Assembly (NCBI GenBank): GCA_035651275.1
Contig: DASRFZ010000189.1
Location: 749 to 64,748, forward strand
Direction of reading: 5' to 3'
Origin: Mycobacterium sp.
GTDB taxonomy: Bacteria; Actinomycetota; Actinomycetes; Mycobacteriales; Mycobacteriaceae
Length of the DNA stretch: 64,000 bases
This document shows positions 25,848 to 34,315 of the stretch, one piece after another. The position numbers were made by a program, and so were the translations under genes. Under the pieces are notes generated by a model. The model searched no databases, was not told the DNA's origin, and worked only from the letters and a program-made list of their open reading frames with translations. Every line of letters starts with the position of its first letter. Position 1 is the stretch's first letter.

Positions 25848-27576
25848 GTTCGCGGTCTGGGCGCCACTTCCGAAACAAGTTCGGCTCGACGTCGAGGGCG
25901 TGGTGTATCCGATGCAGCGAGGCGACGACGGGTGGTGGCGCACAACCGTCGACGCCGCGGCCGACGCGCGCTACGGGTACGTACTTGACGACGACCCGCA
26001 GGTGCTGCCGGATCCGCGCTCCCCGCGGCAACCCGACGGCGTGCATGAACGATCCCAGCTCTGGAACGCCGCCGCCGACGCTTGGACCGACGGCGACTGG
26101 CCGGGGCGATCGGTCGAGGGCGCCGTGGTCTACGAACTGCACGTAGGCACGTTCACGCCCGAGGGCACGCTGGATTCGGCGATCGGCAAGCTGGACTATC
26201 TGGTCGACCTCGGGACCGACTTCGTCGAGCTGATGCCGGTCAACGCGTTCGCCGGCACACACGGCTGGGGTTACGACGGCGTGCTCTGGTATGCCGTGCA
26301 CGAACCTTACGGGGGGCCGGATGCGCTTGTGCGGTTTATCGACGCGTGCCACCAACGCGGCCTGGGCGTGCTGATCGACGCGGTGTTCAATCACCTTGGG
26401 CCGTCGGGTAATTACCTCCCCCGCTTCGGGCCGTACCTGTCGTCCGGCAGCAACCCGTGGGGTGAAGGACTCAACCTGTCCGATGCGGACGCCGACGAGG
26501 TGCGCCGCTACATCATCGACTGCGCGCTGCGCTGGATGCGCGAGTTCCACGCCGACGGTTTGCGTCTGGACGCCGTGCATGCTCTGGTCGACACCACCGC
26601 GATCCACATCCTCGAGGAACTGTCCGCCGAAACCGATGCTCTTGCAGAGGAACTGGGACGGCCGCTGTCGCTGATCGCAGAGAGCGACCTGAACGATCCG
26701 CGGCTGATCACACCGCGGGAGGAGGGCGGCTACGGGATGACGGCGCAGTGGGACGACGACATCCACCACGCGATCCACGCCGCGGTGTCCGGCGAACAGC
26801 AGGGCTATTACGGGGATTTCGGCTCGCTGGAGACGCTGGCGACGACGCTGCAGAACGGATACTTCCATGCGGCGACCTATTCGTCGTTCCGCGGCCGACG
26901 CCACGGGAGGCCACTGGACAAGAAGACGATTCCGGCATATCGGCTGACCGCTTACACCTGTACCCACGACCAAGTAGGCAACCGCGCCGTCGGCGACCGC
27001 CCGTCGCAAAACCTCGATGCCGGCCAGCTCGCGGTCAAGGCGGCGCTTGCTCTCTGTTCTCCTTACACGGCAATGCTTTTCATGGGTGAGGAATGGGGCT
27101 CCTCGCAGCCGTTTCAGTTCTTCACCAGCCATCCCGAACCGGAACTCGCACGCGCGACTGCCGAGGGCCGAAAGGCGGAATTCGCCGCGCACGGCTGGGA
27201 TGCCGACGAGATACCCGATCCGCAAGACCCGCAGACCTTCCTGCGGTCGAAGCTGAACTGGGACGAGGTCTGCGCCGGCGACCACGGGCGCCTGCACGAT
27301 ATCTATCAACGTCTGATTGCGTTGCGCCACACGGAACCCGACCTCGCCGACTCGTGGCTGGAGCACCTCCGCGTCGACTTCGACGAGGAGCAGCGGTGGA
27401 TCGTCATGCACCGAGGGACGCTGAGCATCGCGTGCAATTTCGGCACGGATGCCGTCGACGTTCCCGTCACCGGCGACGTGACGTTGGCGTGGGGCGAGCC
27501 GACAGTCGGTCCGTCGCACACGACGCTGCCCGGCCACTCGTTCGCTATTCTCCGGGCGCCGAATGGCTACTTATGA
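25840..27576 (+). CDS. treZ: Maltooligosyl trehalose trehalohydrolase
   Basis: FAVWAP, YELHVGTFT, WGYDGV, RLDAVHA, HDQVGNRA, LFMGEEWG; ATG 25840 overlaps the treY end. Confidence 0.96.
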   Translation: MHEFAVWAPLPKQVRLDVEGVVYPMQRGDDGWWRTTVDAAADARYGYVLDDDPQVLPDPRSPRQPDGVHERSQLWNAAADAWTDGDWPGRSVEGAVVYELHVGTFTPEGTLDSAIGKLDYLVDLGTDFVELMPVNAFAGTHGWGYDGVLWYAVHEPYGGPDALVRFIDACHQRGLGVLIDAVFNHLGPSGNYLPRFGPYLSSGSNPWGEGLNLSDADADEVRRYIIDCALRWMREFHADGLRLDAVHALVDTTAIHILEELSAETDALAEELGRPLSLIAESDLNDPRLITPREEGGYGMTAQWDDDIHHAIHAAVSGEQQGYYGDFGSLETLATTLQNGYFHAATYSSFRGRRHGRPLDKKTIPAYRLTAYTCTHDQVGNRAVGDRPSQNLDAGQLAVKAALALCSPYTAMLFMGEEWGSSQPFQFFTSHPEPELARATAEGRKAEFAAHGWDADEIPDPQDPQTFLRSKLNWDEVCAGDHGRLHDIYQRLIALRHTEPDLADSWLEHLRVDFDEEQRWIVMHRGTLSIACNFGTDAVDVPVTGDVTLAWGEPTVGPSHTTLPGHSFAILRAPNGYL

Positions 27577-27619
27577 CACGTCTTTTCGTCAAAACCGTGC
27601 GATAAGTGGCCACTCGGCG

Positions 27620-28909
27620 CTAGGGGTTGATCAGGTATCGATACGCCGGTGAGTCCGGCGCCAGAACCTCGACGCCGATGTCGGATTCCCGCATCCGCTT
27701 GAGCAGTCCGTCGTAGTCCTCAGCCGAACCCATCTCGATGCCGACCAGCGCAGCGCCCGTCTCCCGGTTGTTGCGCTTGACGTACTCGAAGAGCGTGATG
27801 TCGTCGTTGGGTCCGAGCACCTGGTCGAGGAAGCGCCGCAGCGCGCCGGGTTCCTGCGGAAAGTCGACGAGGAAGTAATGCTTCAACCCGAGGTGCACCA
27901 GCGAGCGCTCAAGGATTTCGCCGTAGCGTGACACGTCGTTGTTCCCGCCGGAGATCAGGCACACGACGGTCGAACCCGGTTCTGCGACATCGTTTTCCAA
28001 CAGCGCCGCCACCGACAGCGCACCCGCGGGTTCGGCGATGATGCCCTCGTTCTGGTACAGGTCCAGCATCGCCGTGCAGACCGCACCCTCGTCGACCGTC
28101 GTCACCGACACCATGTCGCCCGCGGCCGCCAGTGCCGCGTACGTCAACGTTCCCGCGCGGTTTACCGCGGCGCCGTCGACGAACTGGTCGACGTGGTCGA
28201 GTGTGACCGGCTCCCCCGCGGCGAGCGCGGCCATCATCGCGGCCGCGCCCGCCGGCTCGACACCGAGCACCGATGTCGCCGACGTGCGCGCGGCCAGATA
28301 CGTCGTCATGCCTGCGATGCAGCCACCACCACCGACCGGGACGATCACCAGGTCCGGCTCGGTGTCCATCTGCCCCAGAATTTCGGCGGCGATCGTGCCC
28401 TGCCCGGCCATCGTCCGCACGTCGTCATATGGATGCACGAGCGTGGCTCCGGTCCGGGCGACGTCGTCGAGCGCGGCTTCGGCGGCCAAGTCGTAGGTCG
28501 ACCCGGTCGCAATCAGCTGGATGTACTCGCCGCCGTGATATCGGATGCGATCGCGCTTCTGCTTGGGGGTCTTGCGCGGAACGTAGACGCGGCCCTTGAT
28601 CTGCATCGCGCGGCAGGCATGCGCAAAGCCCTGCGCGTGGTTGCCCGCCGACGAGCAGACCACCCCGACCGCCCGCTCTTCCTCTGAGAGCTGCATCAGC
28701 AGGTTGTAGGCGCCGCGCAACTTGTACGAGCGCACCGACTGCAGATCCTCGCGCTTGAGGTAGACCGTGGCCGACGTCGCCGCGGACAGCCGCTCGCTGA
28801 ACTGAAGCGGGGTCGGTGCGACCACCGCGGAAATTCGCTCGGCCGCCGCGTCGACATCGGCCGCGGTCAGCGGTCCGGTCCGATCGGGCAGGCTCAGTTC
28901 AGCGGACAC
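27620..28909 (-). CDS. ilvA: Threonine dehydratase, biosynthetic
   Basis: KREDLQSVRSYKLRGA, SAGNHAQG, PVGGGG, FEYVKRN ACT domain. Confidence 0.96.
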   Translation of the reverse strand: MSAELSLPDRTGPLTAADVDAAAERISAVVAPTPLQFSERLSAATSATVYLKREDLQSVRSYKLRGAYNLLMQLSEEERAVGVVCSSAGNHAQGFAHACRAMQIKGRVYVPRKTPKQKRDRIRYHGGEYIQLIATGSTYDLAAEAALDDVARTGATLVHPYDDVRTMAGQGTIAAEILGQMDTEPDLVIVPVGGGGCIAGMTTYLAARTSATSVLGVEPAGAAAMMAALAAGEPVTLDHVDQFVDGAAVNRAGTLTYAALAAAGDMVSVTTVDEGAVCTAMLDLYQNEGIIAEPAGALSVAALLENDVAEPGSTVVCLISGGNNDVSRYGEILERSLVHLGLKHYFLVDFPQEPGALRRFLDQVLGPNDDITLFEYVKRNNRETGAALVGIEMGSAEDYDGLLKRMRESDIGVEVLAPDSPAYRYLINP

Positions 28910-28939
28910 CGATCAATGGTGCCACGCAGCACAACCGAA

Positions 28940-29377
28940 TTAGTCCACCCGGGTCAGCACGAAAACCGGGATCTGGCGATCCGTCTTCTTCTGGTAGTCC
29001 GCATAGTCGGGCCACGCTTCGACGGCGCGCTCCCACCACGTGGCCTTTTCGTCGCCGAACACCTCGCGCGCCTCGTAATCGTGGGTTTCGCCGCCGTCCT
29101 GCAGTTCCACCCGCGGATTGGCCTTGACGTTGTAATACCAGACCGGGTTCTGCGGGGCGCCGCCCAGCGAGGCGACGATCGCGTACTCGCCGTTGTGCTC
29201 GACGCGCATCAGCGGGGTTTTTCGCAGCTTGCCGGTCTTCGCGCCCACCGTGGTCAGCAGGATGATCGGCTTGCCCTTCATATCGGCGCTCTCGGTGCCG
29301 CCGGACTCCTCGTACTTCTCGGCTTGTTCGCGGGACCAATCCCAGGGGCTCGGGGCGTATTCACCAGTCAGAGGCAT
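28940..29377 (-). CDS. F420-dependent (deazaflavin) nitroreductase family protein (Ddn/Rv1558-like)
   Basis: [47 protein letters not shown]. Confidence 0.92.
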   Translation of the reverse strand: MPLTGEYAPSPWDWSREQAEKYEESGGTESADMKGKPIILLTTVGAKTGKLRKTPLMRVEHNGEYAIVASLGGAPQNPVWYYNVKANPRVELQDGGETHDYEAREVFGDEKATWWERAVEAWPDYADYQKKTDRQIPVFVLTRVD

Positions 29378-29429
29378 GGACCCAGCTTATGCCGCCGACA
29401 CGCGACCAACGTTTCGGCTGGCCGAAATC

Positions 29430-29684
29430 ATGATCACGCCTTATCCTGAACTTGTGACGACGGCTGAACACATCCGCTCGATCGCCTCATCGAAGACATC
29501 CGATGTGTCGATCGCCGGTGTCCCATGGCCGCGGTACAAGGTCATCGCGCTGGTCGCGGGCCTCGTTGTCGCGGTCGTCGTCGGCATCGTCACCACGAAC
29601 ACTGCCCCGACAGTCCTCGTCGGCGCGGCGGTAGGCACGCTGGTCTGGCTCGGGTTGGGCGCGGCCCAGCACCTGCGCGGTTAG
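29430..29684 (+). CDS. Small two-TM membrane protein, hypothetical
   Basis: 84 aa; IAGVPWPRYK followed by two hydrophobic helices; fills the gap between ddn and zwf. Confidence 0.6.
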   Translation: MITPYPELVTTAEHIRSIASSKTSDVSIAGVPWPRYKVIALVAGLVVAVVVGIVTTNTAPTVLVGAAVGTLVWLGLGAAQHLRG

Positions 29685-31189
29685 TCCTTCTTTTCCCGCC
29701 ACGCGCGCTCGAACGGCAGCCGCCACGCGTTCGGTGCGATGAGTTGATGAATGGCGTTGGGACCCCAGGTACCCGGCTCATAGACCTTCACCGGAGGCGG
29801 ATCCTCCAGTAGCGCAGTCGAACGGTCCCACAAGGATTCGATGCCCTCGGCGGTGGTGAACAGCGTGTGGTCCCCGCGCATGGCGTCGAGCAGCAGACGC
29901 TCATAGGCCTCCAGCACATTGGCGACTTCGCCGGTCTCCTGCGTGGAGAACTGCATCGACAGCTTTTCGAGCTTCATCCCGGGGCCCGGGCGCTTGCCGT
30001 AGAACGACAGCGACACCCGCGAGTTGTCGGCCAGATCGAACGTCAGGTGGTCGGGACCTTGCTGTCCGACCCCCGACCCGGCCGGGAACATTGTCTTCGG
30101 CGCCTCTTTGAACGCGATAGAGATGATGCGCATCCCCTCGGCCATCTTCTTGCCGGTGCGCAGGTAGATCGGGACACCGGCCCAGCGCCAGTTGTCGATG
30201 CCGACCTTGAGCGCGATGAACGTTTCGGTGTCCGACTCGTTCGCGACGCCTTTCTCCTCCCGATATCCCTTGTACTGTCCGCGGATCACCTCGGCGGGGT
30301 TGATCGGCAGCAGTGAGCGGAAGACCTTGTTCTTCTCCTCGCTGATCGCGCGGGGTTCCAACGCCGTCGGCGGCTCCATCGCGACGAACGCCATCACCTG
30401 GAACAGGTGGGTCACCACCATGTCCTTGAACGCCCCCGTCGCGTCGTAGAAGCTCGTCCGCTGGTCGAGCCCGAGCTTCTCCGGGATGTCGATCTGGATG
30501 TGGTCGATGAAGTGGCGGCTCCAGATCGGTTCGAAAAGGCCGTTGGCGAAGCGGAACGCGAGGATGTTCTGGGCCGCTTCCTTGCCGAGGAAGTGGTCGA
30601 TGCGGAAGATCTGGGATTCGTCGAACGTCTCGTGGACGAAGTCGTTCAGCTTCACGGCACTGTCCAGGTCTGTGCCGAACGGCTTTTCCATCACCACCCG
30701 TGACCGTTCGACGAGCTTGGCGTCGTTGAGCATCGTGATGACGTCGCGGGCGGCCTTGGGTGGCACCGACAGATAGTGCAGACGACGGACGTCCGCGCCG
30801 AGCTCCTCTTCGGCGTCTGCGACCGCCGCCGCCAGCCCTTCGGGCCCGGCGCTCTGCGGGACGTACCGCACCTTGCTGGCGAAGCCTGCCCACTCTTCGT
30901 CGGTGGCTTTGTGGCTGCCGAACGAGTCGACCGCCTCCTTGGCCAGAGAGCGGAACTCGTCGTCGGACATCTCTTCGAGGGAGGTACCGACGACGCGGAT
31001 GCCGGGCGCCAGCTCCGATGCGGACAGATACGACAGTCCGGGTATCAGTTTTCGTTTGGCCAGGTCGCCGGTCGCGCCGAACAAGACGATGACGTGCGGG
31101 TCAAGGGTCTCGACATCGCGTTGGCGTGGTCGAGAACCTGGCGCTGGGTAAGCGATCTGCGGTTTGTCGGTAGCCACGCCTGCCAGCAT
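29681..31189 (-). CDS. zwf: Glucose-6-phosphate 1-dehydrogenase
   Basis: GATGDLAKRK, RIDHFLGKE, DMVVTHL, NWRWAGVP, RTGK, AYERL. Confidence 0.95.
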   Translation of the reverse strand: MLAGVATDKPQIAYPAPGSRPRQRDVETLDPHVIVLFGATGDLAKRKLIPGLSYLSASELAPGIRVVGTSLEEMSDDEFRSLAKEAVDSFGSHKATDEEWAGFASKVRYVPQSAGPEGLAAAVADAEEELGADVRRLHYLSVPPKAARDVITMLNDAKLVERSRVVMEKPFGTDLDSAVKLNDFVHETFDESQIFRIDHFLGKEAAQNILAFRFANGLFEPIWSRHFIDHIQIDIPEKLGLDQRTSFYDATGAFKDMVVTHLFQVMAFVAMEPPTALEPRAISEEKNKVFRSLLPINPAEVIRGQYKGYREEKGVANESDTETFIALKVGIDNWRWAGVPIYLRTGKKMAEGMRIISIAFKEAPKTMFPAGSGVGQQGPDHLTFDLADNSRVSLSFYGKRPGPGMKLEKLSMQFSTQETGEVANVLEAYERLLLDAMRGDHTLFTTAEGIESLWDRSTALLEDPPPVKVYEPGTWGPNAIHQLIAPNAWRLPFERAWREKKD

Positions 31190-31192
31190 TCC

Positions 31193-33010
31193 CTAGTTCG
31201 GCGCGACCGTAACGCCCTTGGGTTCATGAACTGTCGACGGAGGCTCCGGCGCATACAGCTCCTCGATCTCCGCTGCGTATTTCTCGTTGATCGGTTTGCG
31301 TTTGAGCTTCATTGTGAGCGTGATTTCGTCGCCGCCGGGCTCCCAGAACGTCGGCAGGATGCGGAACCGCTTGATCTGCTCGACCCGCGAGAGCTTGCTG
31401 TTGCCTTCGGCGACGCCGCCGGCGATCTGATTGATCACGTCGGGGTCTTCGGCGAGGGTCTTCGCGGATGCGTCGGGCAGGCCGTGCTGCGCCGCGTAGG
31501 GCCCGGCGGACTCCGCGTCGAGGACGATCAGGGCGGTGTTGTAGGGCCGCGAGTCGCCGATCGCGATGATGACGCCGACCAGTGGGCACGCCGCCTTGAT
31601 GGTGTTCTCGATGTTGGCCGGCGACATGTTCTTGCCGCCCGCGTTGATGATGAGCTCCTTCTTGCGGTCGACGATGCGCAGATAGCCGTCGTCGTCCATG
31701 TCGAGGATGTCACCGGTGTGCAGCCAGCCATCGGAATCGATTGCGTCCGCCGTCTTTTCGGGTTCCTTGCGGTAGCCCTTCATCACCAGGGGGCCACGCA
31801 CCAAGAACTCGCCGTCGTCGGCGACCTTACCTTCCAGACCGGGAAGCAGCCTGCCGACGGTGCCGAGCTTGGCGTCACGTGGATGACTCACGCTGGCAAC
31901 GCAACTCAGCTCGGACATCCCCCACACCTCGCATATCGGTACCCCGAGCCCCGCAAAGAAGGCCAGCGTCTCCTTCGGAATCGGTGCTGCCCCTGACACC
32001 GCCCACCTCATCTGGTCGAGGCCGAGCTTCTCTCGAAGCTTCGACAACACCATCTCGTCGGCCTTGGCCCACTCGGCCGCGACGTCGTCGGGCACCGGTT
32101 CACCCGCGACCACCGCCGCTGCCTTCTTCGCGGCGACAGCCAGCGCCCACTGCAGACCTTGGCGCTTGGTGTCGTCGGGCTCGTTCGCCGCACTGAATTC
32201 GATTGCGGCCTTGAGCTTTTCCCACACCCGCGGTACCGCGCCCCAGATCGTCGGGCGCACGTCGGGCAGCGCTGCCGCGATCGCTCGCGCGTCGGAGACA
32301 ACGGTGACCTGGGTGCCGAACACCTCTTGGCTGTACAGGCAACCCCAGCGGTCGGCGATGTGCGCGGAAGGCAAGAAGGAGGTAATGCGGTCGCCGAACT
32401 CGACGCCCAGCACCTCAGCCACCGCGAACGTCTCGAACAGCAGGTTGGTGTGCGTCATCTCGACACCTTTGGGGTTGCCGGTGGTGCCCGAGGTGTAGAT
32501 GAGGGTGGCAACGTCGTCGGGTTGTACTGCCCGCCATGATGATTCGAAATCGAAATCGCGATCGCCGCCGGCAAGCATCTCATCGAGGGACATTGTGCCC
32601 TCCGGTGACCCGTCGATGCAGACGATGTGCTCGACGTTCGCGCCGCTGGCCTTGATCCGGTCGACGTACTGCTGCTCGCAGATCGCGACTTTGGTCTCGG
32701 CGTTGGTGAACAGATACGTCAGCTGCTCGGCGGCCAATGTGTTGTACACGGAAAAACATGTCGCGCCGAGATGCTGCGCGCCGACATCGAGGGGATAGAA
32801 CTCGATGCGGTTGCCCATCATCAGCGACACTGTGTCGCCTCGCCGGACGCCCAGCGCGGCCAGCCCCGCCGTCACTCGGCGCACCTGGTCGGCGTACTCG
32901 CGCCACGTCATGGTCTGCGTGTCACCGGGGGTTCGCACCGCGACGGCGTCCGGGTCGACGGCAACAGTTCGCTGAAAGGCTTCGCAGAGAGTGGCTGGTC
33001 GCTCGGTCAT
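31193..33010 (-). CDS. fadD11: Long-chain fatty acid-CoA ligase (FadD11-like)
   Basis: YTSGTTGNPKG, WGMSE, WLHTGD, DRKKELII; syntenic after dnaE1. Confidence 0.82.
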   Translation of the reverse strand: MTERPATLCEAFQRTVAVDPDAVAVRTPGDTQTMTWREYADQVRRVTAGLAALGVRRGDTVSLMMGNRIEFYPLDVGAQHLGATCFSVYNTLAAEQLTYLFTNAETKVAICEQQYVDRIKASGANVEHIVCIDGSPEGTMSLDEMLAGGDRDFDFESSWRAVQPDDVATLIYTSGTTGNPKGVEMTHTNLLFETFAVAEVLGVEFGDRITSFLPSAHIADRWGCLYSQEVFGTQVTVVSDARAIAAALPDVRPTIWGAVPRVWEKLKAAIEFSAANEPDDTKRQGLQWALAVAAKKAAAVVAGEPVPDDVAAEWAKADEMVLSKLREKLGLDQMRWAVSGAAPIPKETLAFFAGLGVPICEVWGMSELSCVASVSHPRDAKLGTVGRLLPGLEGKVADDGEFLVRGPLVMKGYRKEPEKTADAIDSDGWLHTGDILDMDDDGYLRIVDRKKELIINAGGKNMSPANIENTIKAACPLVGVIIAIGDSRPYNTALIVLDAESAGPYAAQHGLPDASAKTLAEDPDVINQIAGGVAEGNSKLSRVEQIKRFRILPTFWEPGGDEITLTMKLKRKPINEKYAAEIEELYAPEPPSTVHEPKGVTVAPN

Positions 33011-33030
33011 GACCGGTAGCGTACGGCCAG

Positions 33031-33789
33031 ATGAAGGACAACAGCGAGGAACCGCAGGCTGGGCGCGAAGACGTCGTGCACCGCGCCGAACATCTGGCGA
33101 AGGAGGCCGAACAGCGGCTGCCGGCGTGGCTTCGGCCCGGGAACCCGGAGAGCCGCTGGCCCGTGCTGCTGGCGCTGATCGCCGCGATGGCGATGCAGCG
33201 TGCGATTCCCGAGCGCTACACCGTGGTACCGCGCTGGCCGCTGATCGCGCTGGAAGCGCTGCTACTTCTGGTGCTGCTCGTGCTCAACCCGGTGAAGCTC
33301 ACCCGCCCCACGACGGCCGGCAAGGCGGCCAGCTTCCTGCTGCTTGCGGCCATCACGATCGACAACACCGCGTCCGCCGTCGTGCTCGACTACAACATCC
33401 TGTCCGGTCAGGTGAGCAACGACGCCGCCCGACTGCTGGGCAGCGGGGCGGCGGTGTTCATCACGAACATCATCGTGTACGGGATCTGGTACTGGGAGAT
33501 CGACCTCGGCGGCCCGTTCGCCCGCGCGGGCGTCATGGAGCGCGATCCGAAACGCGTCTATCCAGATTTCCTGTTCCCGCAGATGGACGTGCGCCGGTTG
33601 GCGCCCCCGGACTGGGAGCCACGGTTTCTCGACTATCTCTACGTCAGCCTGACGAACGTGATGGCGTTCTCCCCCACCGACACGATGCCGTTGACGCGGC
33701 GCGCCAAGGCGTTGATGTCGTTGCAGGCAATGGTCGCGGTGTCAACGATCGCACTGGTTTTCGCACGCGCGGTCAATGTGCTGCACTGA
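33031..33789 (+). CDS. DUF1345-like membrane protein
   Basis: Several TM helices; PDFLFPQ, DYLYVSLTN, AFSPTDTMPL. Confidence 0.75.
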   Translation: MKDNSEEPQAGREDVVHRAEHLAKEAEQRLPAWLRPGNPESRWPVLLALIAAMAMQRAIPERYTVVPRWPLIALEALLLLVLLVLNPVKLTRPTTAGKAASFLLLAAITIDNTASAVVLDYNILSGQVSNDAARLLGSGAAVFITNIIVYGIWYWEIDLGGPFARAGVMERDPKRVYPDFLFPQMDVRRLAPPDWEPRFLDYLYVSLTNVMAFSPTDTMPLTRRAKALMSLQAMVAVSTIALVFARAVNVLH

Positions 33790-34209
33790 TCACTGGACAG
33801 GGTCCAACGCGAACGTCGCGCTGTTGGACTCCACACAGGTGGGATCCGGTGGGCTACTGAATGTTCCGGTAAGCGTGTTGGGATCGACGACGTAGGTCAG
33901 CGTCACGTCCTTGACAGTGCCGTCGGCGCATGTCAATCCGTTGGGACGCAGCGTGGTGCCGACCCACAGACCGCTGCTCATATGGAAGTCGGCAGTCCAG
34001 TTGCCGGAGCTCTCCACGTGGGCGACACAGCCTTCGCCGTCGCACGGCGACGTCACCGTCCACGTACCCATGCCGCCGCCATTGCTGGTCTGAATGAACG
34101 TGTACGTGCCGTTGAACCCGGAATCGGCGCTTGCGCTAGTGGCGGTCAACCCCCATGTGCTGATCGCAGCCAGGGCGGCCGCGGCGATACCGAACGTTGA
34201 TCGAAGCAT
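33790..34209 (-). CDS. Secreted protein with four Cys, Rv2253/PknI-sensor-like
   Basis: Signal peptide ending ASA-D; NGTY, TSPC..C.A.V, C.DGT, LTG.F pattern; GGAGG RBS. Confidence 0.65.
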   Translation of the reverse strand: MLRSTFGIAAAALAAISTWGLTATSASADSGFNGTYTFIQTSNGGGMGTWTVTSPCDGEGCVAHVESSGNWTADFHMSSGLWVGTTLRPNGLTCADGTVKDVTLTYVVDPNTLTGTFSSPPDPTCVESNSATFALDPVQ

Positions 34210-34315
34210 GGTCCCTCCCTTTCGCGGCACACCACAGCCGCTCTATCAGGAGTATGTCTGTCATACACGGGAGAATCACAGCATTCGCCAAACTTGCGGC
34301 ACGCCGAACGTCAGG

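Noticed and set aside
21277-27537. Long antisense ORFs (591 aa at 21277-23052; 613 aa at 25696-27537)
   Set aside because: They fully overlap glgX and treZ on the opposite strand, have no recognisable motifs, and are typical shadow ORFs of high-GC codon bias.
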